From Chrysomallon squamiferum (taxonomy: Eukaryota; Animalia; Mollusca): DNA of 64,000 nucleotides. The stretch spans positions 22,568,001 to 22,632,000 of the forward strand of contig CM022665.1 in assembly GCA_012295275.1 (NCBI GenBank), read 5' to 3'. Numbering within the stretch: the stretch's first letter is position 1; each line of letters begins with the position of its first letter. Shown here piece after piece: positions 52,708 to 64,000 of this stretch. The translations under genes were made by a program, and so were the position numbers. The notes below the pieces were generated by a model. The model ran no database searches, was not told where the DNA came from, and saw only the letters and a program-made list of their open reading frames with translations.

Positions 52708-55700
52708 ATGTAACATGTAGTTCCATTAACTTGTTAAAATAAAATAAATGAAAAAATATAATAATATAAAATGAATTCCTGAATTCTTAGACTTTCAGAA
52801 TTTTTATCAATTTTATTTAGTATAAATGTAAATTTACCTTGCTCTTCTATCAGGTGACAACTGACAGATATTTTTCCACCTTCTGTCAAGTGTTTTCATT
52901 GTGTTCTGTAGAGCACTGAACTCAATTTCTGTGGGACAGGCATCAGAATCATGTAGTAGTACCTCACACAGATTCAGTACTGATGCAACCCCAGCACTGT
53001 GGTGTTCAATATCCAGTTGTAATTCCTTGTTTTAAAAAAACAACAACATGCAGTTAAGTCCATTATAAATGATTTGATAAAAAAAAAAAAAAAAAAAATA
53101 AAAAGGATAGGAATAATTACTGATAATGAAGTTATTGACCATAATATTTAATATATGTGTGTATGTATTTGTAAATTTATATTGTGTGTGCATACACACA
53201 TTTGTTTGTGTTTCGATGTGTATGTGAACATGAGAATGTGTGTAACTTAATGTCTGTGAGATGTGTTTTGGGCATTCTCATTTACAAATATATATTACAT
53301 GATAATAATAATTTTAAAAAATGGCAAATGTAACTGACAATCTTTAAATAAAATAAATAAAAATATATGTAGATTTTTATCCATTAATTAACATCTTCAC
53401 AAAGGCAAAATTCTGAACTTGAACAGAAACATGAATGAATGTTTAATGACACCCCAGCACAAAAAAATATATCGGCTGTTGGGTGATATGGTAGAAACAG
53501 ATGATACCCAGGCACATACTGGACATGATATAATACACCAGAAATTCTGTTAAAATTCACAGATATAGATACTCTGATTAAAATAAGAAAGAGTACCTGT
53601 TGATGTTGAAGTTTTGCCTCAATGTCTTGGAATTCACATTCCAGGTAAACCAGAGCACCATTCAACTCCTGTTCTATGTCATTTAGCCATCTGCTGAGGT
53701 TTTTCATGCTGATGTCCAGCTGTTTTACTGCTAGAACAGTTTCTCGTAGTTTTCTCTCTCTAAAATACCAACGTGCAAAATAATTGATGAGGGAGTAAAT
53801 ATTGTACTCAAAATAAGTATATCCAAATATTAAAATAAATAAAAAAATAAATAAATAAATAATAATAATGCCAATAAGTTTTTGTCTCTACATTTAATTT
53901 TAATTTTTGATTTTAATTTTTTTTTTGTATTTATTTAATGAACTTTTAATTATTATAATTATTTTTATCACTTAGACAAGTGGTATCTGTCATGTTGTGC
54001 TCAAATTAATATAATTAATGTAATCTCTCCTAATCACTAAATTCCATCATATTTCCTCTGAGAATTCTGTTATTCTGAATCAGGATAGTCTTCATAGGAA
54101 CCAATTTAAAAAAGTCTGCTAAATATTCAGTAATTAAACTAAATTTTCATAAATTTATTTCATAATTTTAACATATCAATAGTCAAAAAAACAAACAAAA
54201 ATATTTTTTGAAATTTACAAAAGTGTTAAAGAAACACCTAACCAATCTCACACCCACACACAAAGATAAACAAACAAACAAACAAAAAAGCAACAACAAC
54301 AACAACAACAACAATAATAATAGAAATTAATTTGAAAATGTTAGCTGAACATTTGACTAAAATCTCCTAACATCAATGATACAAATTTTATTCTATGAAT
54401 GGTTATTACCTGAAGTTCACTACAGCTTTAAGGTGTTGCCATCTGTCTTCAAGTTTTTCAATTTTGTGCTCAATGTCTGCAGCACGAATCTCACTGCTCA
54501 CTTTCATAAGTCGATGACCTTGGTCCACTAACTCTGATTTCATCCGTTCTTTCATCATCATATCATGTTTGTATTCCTAACAAAAAGTATATGAAATAGG
54601 TAAAGAAGAACAATCTAACAAGTACTGATTTACCACAGAATAAACAGGAAAATCTCATACAAACGTTAACAACAACAGAGAAAAATAAATCCTCTGGTAC
54701 CATCTCCCTCCCAATTTTTTTTTTTTTTACTTTACAATATTAATTTTTTTTTAACAAAAATGATGTAAAAAACAATAAAATAAAATAAAACATTTATCAA
54801 AGTATATGTTAAGTAATAATAATAAATTCTGACAGTCATAAAAGTTGGTTATATATTTTGTTTTTTACATCTACAATTAACATTTAAAATTAACAATCAA
54901 TTATCTTTAACCTCTAATTAAATGTCAGTTATATTTTTCACTTACGGTTTCTAGTTTTTCCAACAGATCTTCTACATGCATTTCTCTGGTAGAAATGACC
55001 TTCTCCTCCATGTTGTCAATCCATTCAGTTAGCTCCCTTAGCTGGTCTCCAAAACCAGACCATCGACACACTGAGTCTCTAATTCTCTGGTCTCGGAGAG
55101 ATGCTTGATTAGAAAGTTCATCCCATTGTTTGTTGAGCAGTCTAATTCGCTGGTGTAAAATGTTCATATCTTCTGAATGAATCACTCGATTCAGTTTCTT
55201 CTCACGAGCCAGCAGAGTCTGTCGTCTGTCTTCAGAGTTGGCAAAGTTTGTGGTAATGTCCTTTAAGATGAAAATATTATATTTTTATATGTAATAATTA
55301 TGTAAATTTTGTTAAACACAGTTGACTTAACATGGATGCAGTCAAATAATATTATTCTGTAATAAACAAATAAAAGAAATTAATAATTTTAGCAGACTGA
55401 TGTAACTTATGTAATCAGTAATACATTCTGATTTAACGAATGTCTTCATGAATAGACTAAAACATAATTATATATTCTGAAGCTTTGAACAAACATAATT
55501 TGATTTGGAAATGGCAAAGATGGTCAAACATCCTTTGTAGAAGAAATCTGTATAAAAATTAACAGAATGTTGTTCAAACAGTGTAGATTGAAGCCCTTTT
55601 GAAGGTCCTTTAAGCCAGAAAAAAAAAAAAATAATGTTTTTTTACAAACATATTTCACATATATGGATAATGTGGAAAAATAATGCTGGCAGGTTCTCAA

Positions 55701-58700
55701 AATGAAAGATTAAGAATATAAAAATAAAGAAAAATATATAGACTACTGTAGGAATTTAAATTTCATATTTCAGCTGATAACTACCTTGCACATGCTCATG
55801 TCAGACTGCAGGTCATCATACTTGGATGGAAGTTCTGCTGTCAGAGATTTTCTTGTGTCCTTCAGCCAATTAAGAATATCTTCAATGCCCTCTTCACATT
55901 CCTTCCACTCCTTCAATATCTCCTCTAGGTGAAGCCTGTGCTCCTCCAACTGGGAGAATATCTGGAAGTAGCTGTGTTGTAGTTGAGCCAAGCAGACCTT
56001 TAGTTCCTCACCAGCATCTGAGTCGGCTCGCTGTAGTAGTGTTTTGCCAAATTCATGAACTTTTTTCAAATTGTCTTCCTGCAGTCTGAATTCACTCTGA
56101 GTGTTCTATAAATAAATATATTTTTTTAAAATACATATACATTCAAAGAAACACATACATACATGGTCTACAAAATTGTATTATATACTGTATACATGTA
56201 TGTATATAAGCAATTACATATACAAAAATACACCAATGTATAATATGTATGTGTAATTCAATGTCATTTATATTCTATTCATCCATCTAGGCATTGTCTA
56301 TTTATCCACCTTGTTTTACAGAAGCAACACAACCAATAATTTTATTTAATATGATTTAAATTTTCTTACTGCTATTGTTTACATTTTAAGGCTTACTAAT
56401 GACCAATGAGGATAACAGGATCCTTCATATATTAAAACATCTTAATAATGAACATACACAGTATAAAACTTGTCATCTATATATTAAAAAACCTGTATTT
56501 GAACATGTACATACAAATTATTTTCAGTATAAGCCAGTTTACCTTAACCTTTTCAAGGAGATTTCTTATTTGCTGCAAGGATGCAGATTCAAATTCATAT
56601 GCTGTCAGACCTTTTTCTTGTCTGTCAAGCCAATCAAGAAGCTGTTCACTGAGAGAGTTGAACATCTGCCACTGTTTAATAGTATTGTCTATGATAGCCT
56701 TTCTTTGACTGGCTCTTCTTGACACACTCTGCCATTGTTCAGCCAATAGATGAAGTTTTTGCTGAAATTCCTCCTCATCTTCTACATCTCCAGTTTTCAG
56801 CATTTGTTGGCCATCACTTATAATAGCATGCAGCACTTGTTGCCGAGCATACATATCAGATTCAAATTTCTGGAAACAGATTAAAAATATGAATACATAT
56901 TTTGGCAAATTTAACTATGGATATGATTATGTAATAAAATCACCAAAGAAATCAATGAAAAATTATAAAATAATGGAAAGGTTCTCTTGAAAATATATAA
57001 TTATATTTAAACTTATTATATCTCTGAACAATAGGAAAAGAAGGAGATCAGAAAATATTTCTCACCTCACACTTTTTCTGCTGATTCAGCAAATCAGCTA
57101 AATTTCCTCCAATCTCCAGAGATAGATCCTGCTCTGTCTGTGCCAGGAATGTCATCCATGACTCACACTTTTCTGTGAAGTCCTGCTGTACCAACATGTT
57201 GCCCTGTAAAATACGACACCGCTCTTTGCACTCTCCATAAAGATCATGCCATTGATGATTCAACTCACTCAACCTGTTGGCATCACTGTCACTGAGAGCA
57301 AGTCTGTATCCTAATCCATTTAGACCATCCAGCTTGGCAGAATTTGTATTAAACTGGTTCAGAAGCTCCTTCAGCTGGTCCATGCGGATTCGGAGATCAG
57401 ACTCATCAGCAGATTTGTTAGGGTCTTCAGCACCAAGAACATTCTCAGCATAATTGAGGAAGTTGTGTACACATTCAAACACTTCCCGGAAGTGGTTCAG
57501 CTGTGTCATGTCTTGTTTGAGAGTCTCTGATTGTAAGGACAGCATCTGACGCAGAGTCATCAGTCTCTGTTCCAGAGAGGACTGTCGAGAAGTCAGGATC
57601 ACAATGGTAGATCTATCCATATGTTTGGCAAGTTGATCACTCAGTCTGTAGAGATCTGAGACCTGAGTGTGTACATTATCTAATTCCTTCTGTAGTTGCT
57701 GTAAAGTAGATAAAATTCTTATTGAAAGTATGTAAAACAAAAATTCTGAAAGTCTGAAAATCATAAATGAATAATCTTTATATGAATATGCAGCATTATT
57801 CATCAGTATAATATATCTACTATAAAATTAACATTTTATACACAGACAAACACAACTTCTAAGACAAAATATTGTAAAAATAAATTCAATATCAATGCTA
57901 AATTAACGTAAATTTTTATATTTTTATTACTTTGAATTCTTCAAGGCATTCTCCTCTTTTGTTGGCATCGTCCTGTAGTCCCCCAAGTTCTTGACACTGC
58001 TTCTCTTTGGCATCTAGCCAGGTTCTAATCTTCTTATACAGAGACTCATAGAGCTGCCAGTGGTTTAAGCAGTCTTCAAACTGATTCCGTTTTAATGCCA
58101 GCTCTCGAGACAGCTGACGTCTCCTAGTTAATTAAGTTCAAAATTAAGATATTAGAATTAAAGATATTCTATGTGCAATAACTTTTATAAAATAATATTA
58201 AATGAATAAACAGATTTAACAAATAAACCCCACCAGGAAAACATGCATGATATAGTCTTATAAATCTTAAAAGATTCTACTTCTAAAAATGTATACTTTT
58301 GTTTCCCCTTTTGGTTAAAATTTGTTATTTCAGATCATCTGTATATAACAAACTCTGAATTTTAGATCTAAAAAATTTAGGTCCAAGATTAATCAATGTT
58401 AAAATTTAAGTCAGTGAGTTGGGCAAAATTCACAAACTTTGTTTGTATGTCAGCTACTGTTTTCTTTATTTCTGTTCTAACAGGCTCTTCACACACTTGA
58501 GTCAGCTGATTGGCTAGTGCAATAAATGATTCCATCTGATCCTCATAATGAAGAAGTTCTGTCTCAAGATTCTGAAAAAAGAAAAAAAATGAAATCATTA
58601 TTTATCTACTTATTTATTCTTCATTTTTCTGGTGGTGTTGGTCATTTTTACAATGCACCAAAATTAATTCTTTCACTAATTTATATCTATTAAATGAAAT

Positions 58701-58825
58701 ATGGTATTATATACATACTGATACATTTAAATAAATGCAAATAAATTAAAACGAAAAAAAAAAAATATCTTACTTAATGCAAATAACATTTAACAGTACT
58801 TCTTGAACATTATTTATGTAACAAA

Positions 58826-58866
<41 letters not shown>

Positions 58867-61800
58867 GAATGTAATAATATACCAAAACACTTACAAAAAA
58901 CATTATATAAGCAGAGAAGAAAAGCACCAAAAACTACAAAACAGATAACAACAAAGGTGAATGAAGAATCACTTAAAAAAAAAAAATTAAACTTTTTTTT
59001 GGTTACATTTCTCACCTTGAGTCTTTCAGCCTGAGCTCTGAGTGTATTGATGTCACCACCAACCAGACTGTACTGGTTGAGGTAGTACTCAGTCTGTGTA
59101 AGCAGCTGGTTGATGTCCTGCAGGTCTGAGGTGTATTGTTCCCACTGATCCAACATGTCTTCTAGCAGATTCTCCAGGTTAACTAACTGCTCTTGAAGAT
59201 GGATCCACTGGTGATTCAGATCCTCAATGCTTTCCCTGACACTGCGCTGACAGCCTGGTGAGTCTGAACTCATTTCTATCAAGTTGTTGGCCAACTTCTT
59301 CACTGCTTCAATATCAGCTTCTTTGTTCTTAATATGTTCTTGCATTGTCTGAAGAAATATACATTATTTATAAATTAAATTAAAAGTAAGGCAATATATA
59401 TTACCAAAATTATGAATTAGAACTAAGACAAAAGTGCCAATAACTAAAAGTTAACACCAAACTCACTTTATTAATAAAAAAAAAGATTAAAGTTTTATCA
59501 ATTTTATCTACATTGTTATTCACCATATTCAAGAAACAATTAAATAAAGAAGTTATTTAATGTAACTGTTATCTTATTTTTCTTAGTTATGTATCATTGT
59601 TTTTAAACTAAAAATATTAATAACATCAGTAACAACAATAAAGTTTTGAAATGCCTCACAATTTTCAACAACAACTCACTTTACATTCTTTCAGAGTTTG
59701 TTTGATAGCTACTCCATGACCTATCAATCGATACTTCTTAATTCTGTCCTCCTGCTCGTGGAACCATGACTGTACTTGTAGTAAGGCTTGCTCATACTCA
59801 TCATAGTGTGCCTGTAGTTGTTCTAGGCTGTGTAGACGGTCACTGACATCTGTCATGGCTGTTTTCCACTGTCTGTTGAGTTCACTGAGTTTTTCACCAA
59901 AGTCAACTTTTTCAAAGTCTTCTGTTGGGTCTTGTGGCATTGGTTGAAGAATGGACTGATTCACAAAGTCCATCGTCATTTGTTTGCTGGAAAGCTCAAT
60001 CTTGTAGCCCTGTTATTGGTAACAAACAAATAATTGCTTTTACTAGTTAAAGCTTTTATTAATTCCTGCTAAATTAAAACATATATATTTCCTTTTTATT
60101 ATATTATTTTATTCTGTAGAAGTGATAACATCAAAGTTGTTTTAAATGAAGTCATTAATAATTCCCAACTTTTATGCTGGATTATTGATTTCAAGCCTAC
60201 AAATCACTGCCTTTGGTTCTGAGGTTTGTTAAAGATTTATAGACAAGCAAAATATAAATAATATGTCTAAGTTTTTCATACTAGATAAGATTATCTGATA
60301 TTTCGAACAGAATGAATTCTGAAATTTATATTGCTATGAATATGGTTTGAATATGTTAAATTATCTCTACCAAGTCTGCAAGATACATCTTGCAATATTC
60401 CAGTAGTTAACAAGAATGATTAAAAACAGAAAAATGATCAGACAAACTAAAATTTACCTTGTATTTTTTAAGCATTACTTCAATGTCAGCCAGTGTTCTC
60501 ACAGGCTTTTCTCTGTCCACTTTCAAAGATTCTTTGATTTCCTCCAGCCATTCCTCAAGCTCATGCAGTGCCTGTCTTGAAGGCATCAGTCTCATTTGAG
60601 CTTGATGTAGAAACTCCTCAGTTTGTCTGATGTCCCGCTGCAGCTGCTTCCAGTCATCTTCAAACTGTGCCAGTCTTCTGTCAAGGCCTGTGGTGTTGTA
60701 GTTCTTGTTCTGAAGTAACTGCTGACCCACTGAAATTACTTTGTTCTTTAATGGAAGCTGATTTTCCACCTCTTTCTGAAACTCCTAAAATAATAAACAG
60801 ATGAAGTAATATTCTAGTACTATCAAATGTTAATATTTTTGAAATAACATGCCAGTGAAAAGGAATAATGAAATTTCCAAGTGAAAGTCAAAACAAAACA
60901 ATTAGAACCTTTAAGGTTATGTTGAATGTCAAGTTAAAATTACCATTACTAAACAGAAGCAGGGTGATTCAAATACTTTTCTGATAACAGATACAATAAG
61001 TTGCTTAAGAAGTAGCAAATAACAACAGAATATCTGAAACTTCCATTAACCCAACAAAACAAAACTCTCAAAGCTTAAACTGAATGTTATTTTGAAATTA
61101 TAATCTTACAAACTCACTGATGTCTAGTTAATTTACAATCCTTATTAAATATAACTGTCAGAAACTTTTTAATAATTACCAAGAGTTTTTCCACTTTGGT
61201 TCTAACAGAGGCCATGCTTTGCATGTCTTTTTCAGACAGCTGCTTCAAACTTGCAAGTTTCATCTTTGCTGTAGCAAGCCAGGAGCTCAAGATGGTTGCT
61301 TCAGCTTCAAATGTCTGCAGCTGATCACCAAGAGTTTCCATCCTGTAAAAATATATAAATAATACATACACAAAGAGAGTACATAACATGCAAATTTACA
61401 GATTTATTATTTTGCTTAAATTTTAAAATCTTATTGAACAATTTCTTACATTCATTAGATTCTGTTTCAGTACTAACAATATGTCTTAAAGTGTTATCAT
61501 AATTTTATAGAGGCAGAAATCATATAAGACAAAAAGAAAGCATTTTATATTATTGAGACAAAATTCTCAAATTTTTCAGTGATTAACTTATTCTTACAGA
61601 CAAACCTGTTATTTTAGAGATAAATCTTATTTTTAGAAATAAAACTCGCTTATTTTTTTGATATAATACTACTTTTTCAATTCCTGTGTGAGTCGAGCAT
61701 TCAAGTCAACCCATTTGTCTGCCATTTCAGTAATAGATGCCTCCAATGAGGGACAGTTGACACTGTGCAGTATGAGCTTTCCTCGATCAACAACATCAAA

Positions 61801-63230
61801 TACTGCACCCTTTTCATCTCCCAGCTCTTTCTGCAGATGCTGGTATGTTGTCAGTTTTTCTTGAATTGTAGCCAGTGAGTCTCCACTTGCAATTGGCCTT
61901 GGTATCTCTTGTTCAATGTTAGACAAAACCTGCTGAAGACGTTTATACATAGTATCTAGTTCTAACCACTGTCGGACAAGCCTCTCCAGTCGCTGACCAT
62001 GAAGACTAGCCTGATCAACAAGGACATGGGTCTGGTTGCTAAGATGACTGTGCTTTTGTTGATATTCCTCTTGGGTGGTGTGATCACACTGTGATGCCAT
62101 GGAGTCCAGCATTGCCTTGTGAATTTCCAGATCACTAAAGAAATCCTGAAGAAAAAGAAAAGAATTTGGTTAAAACAATAAGAATGTAAAAGACAGGTAT
62201 TAGTAAATGAAATCCAGACAAATTATTTCAATAAGTCTTATTAAATAATTATCTAGACAATATTTTCGTGATAAGATGCTGAAAGGCTGTAGGAATTAAA
62301 GCAATGGTAAAAAAAAACAAAAAAACATCCCCCCACTACCATGTATCTGGCAATCTGTCTTTCAACTGTAAGTCTTTAGCATAACAATCGGAAATTTGAA
62401 CATATATATTAGATATTTACAAAAGGTTTATATCACTGTCATAGATTTCATCAAATTTGAAGGTTGATGTTAATTCTTGCTTTACAGTAATTGTGATACC
62501 TTGTGAGAATTAAGCTGCTGTTTAAGATGGGCAAGATCTGTGCAGGAGATGGAATCTGTCTGCAGTTTTCCTTCAGCTGTTACTATGAACTCAGCATAAT
62601 CATTGAGTAGTGTTGCATACTGCTCCTGTTGTGAAGTGGAATTCTGTAAACTGGCTTTCTTGTCCATTACCTGTAAATTAAAAAGCAGACATTGCTAAAC
62701 ATAAAACAACTGACATTCTGTTTGGTATTACTGAATAAATGTTACTAGCTTAGTAGGGGATGTTATTAAGCTGTCAGTCATAACACTGGAAAACTCTGGG
62801 CTCAAATCTTGGTACCAGCTCATAGTCTGAGCTATCTTCTCAAAAAAATATCCTTTGATTGTTTGAACACCTACCAATAACAAGAATTATTCAGTATCTG
62901 AGAAACAGATAAAATAAATTAAAAAATAACATTCATTTTCACATGCATGTGGTGAATCAAATATTTTTCACAATAATGATTACTTTGAAAAGATAGTGTT
63001 TGTATGTCTAAACTAAGTAGTTATAGATTTTAAATAAAACAGACTAAAGAATTTTATTTATTTTTAATATCTGTAGTTTCTACCTTTCTCTGCAGATCCA
63101 TATAGTTTGTCTGAAGTTTATTCAATTCAGAAGGAATGCTGCCTTGTGGGTAATGAGAAGATAATTCGGATTCTTTTTTTTTCAGTTGCTCAAGTTGGCC
63201 TTCACAGTTTTGCAAATGGTGTTCAATTCT
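42673..63230 (-). CDS. SYNE1: Nesprin-1-like giant spectrin-repeat KASH protein, 3' part (28 exons; gene continues beyond 64000)
   Basis: Phase-consistent exons: 63084-63230, 62500-62670, 61673-62145, 61180-61342, 60458-60784, 59680-60009, 59016-59348, 58438-58571, 57931-58123, 57066-57698, 56543-56869, 55785-56105, 54946-55260, 54410-54576, 53597-53759, 52838-53025, 52382-52532, 51636-51956, 51153-51389, 50509-50716, 50030-50226, 49294-49408, 48640-48845, 48220-48549, 47815-48030, 47216-47359, 46552-46607, 42673-42889. It has spectrin repeats, the nesprin-conserved block ELQLDIEHHSAGVASVLNLCEVLLHDSDAC...RIEETW, an LEWD motif and a C-terminal KASH. It is probably co-orthologous to SYNE1 and SYNE2. 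Confidence 0.93.
45492..45505. promoter_or_regulatory. X-box (RFX) consensus in the last nesprin intron
   Basis: GTTTCCATGGTTAC, whose reverse complement GTAACCATGGAAAC fits GTHNYY-AT-RRNAAC. Confidence 0.35.
46486..46538 (-). other. Predicted RNA stem-loop just 3' of the penultimate nesprin exon
   Basis: Minus strand CACCCC-tttca-CATGCTTG-CCACC-gtcat-GGTGG-gt-CAGGCATG-gat-GGGGTG forms three nested helices (6+8+5 bp, one G-U). Confidence 0.6.
62746..62833 (+). mobile_element. Possible decayed tRNA-derived SINE head
   Basis: A-box-like TAGCTTAGTAGG and B-box-like GGGCTCAAATCT at tRNA-like spacing. No intact cloverleaf. Confidence 0.3.
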
Positions 63231-64000
63231 CTGTAGAAATGAATAAATATATCAGTGAGTATTTGTTTACTTAATATAATTATTGATTATACAAAAAAAT
63301 AAAACGTGCTCAAATATTTACATTTAAATACAGAATTTAAATTTAAAGATCAACTACTGTTGTTGGTAGTTTAGGTGTTAATAATGCTATTATTATTGGG
63401 CAAAATACTTTTATGTATGATTTTCAAATTAAATCAAGTAAATAAAATAAAATGTAATATTAAAAATAAATATATAAAAATAGATACATGTATGTGGAAG
63501 AAAAAAGAAACCTATAAGTCAGAAGGTGAGATGATAAATTAGAGATTATATATATGCATAAATTTCTTTATTTTTAATAAACATTTTTTAGTTCATATTT
63601 CAGTTGAAGTAATTAAAATAATACTTTTGCCCTGATGATAAAGATATTAAAAATATGTGTTACTAGATTTTAAATCTCTATTAGATACAGAATGATAAGT
63701 AAAATACAAAATAAGCAAAGAATGACAACTTCTAGATGATACTGATAGTGATCCAATGAAACTATGTGATATAAAAAAAAAAAAATAATAATAATAATAA
63801 TAATAAATAAATAACAAAATGAAAATCTCACAAAATAATAAATGAAACAAATAGAAAATCCTCTGTAATTAAAAAATAATACAGCACATGCATGGTGATC
63901 AATTAAAAGCTACACTAACAGCAAAAAGTGTCACTAAAGAGTTACAAAATTTTGTCAACCATTTAAAAAATATATAAGCTAAGCTACTAAAATCTAGACC

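Overview
This is AT-rich (about 30% GC by eye), intron-containing animal genomic DNA, probably from a lophotrochozoan such as a mollusc (inferred from gene content, not established). I reconstructed eight protein-coding genes by hand with phase-consistent GT-AG splice sites. In order they are: a 2-exon class B/adhesion-like GPCR with a Cys-rich ectodomain (-), MRPS18A (+), RSPH9 (-), NUDT22 (+), two tandem peripherin-2/ROM1-type tetraspanins (-), intronless TBCC (-), and the last 28 exons of a giant spectrin-repeat/KASH nesprin (-), which runs off the right edge. Introns and spacers carry several non-autonomous DNA transposons (Tigger/pogo, Tc2-like, hAT with 8-bp TSDs), transposase and integrase relics, a 42-bp minisatellite and many microsatellites. 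Four observations stand out. (1) One peripherin paralog has an acidic/Gly linker followed by a ~127-aa almost pure Lys/Arg tail, hidden behind a single frameshift in G-runs. (2) MRPS18A-RSPH9 and peripherin-TBCC are arranged like the human 6p21.1 pairs. (3) A GC-rich stem-loop sits 9 nt after a combined donor/stop site just before the nesprin KASH exon. (4) Paired CRE motifs lie upstream of both peripherin paralogs.
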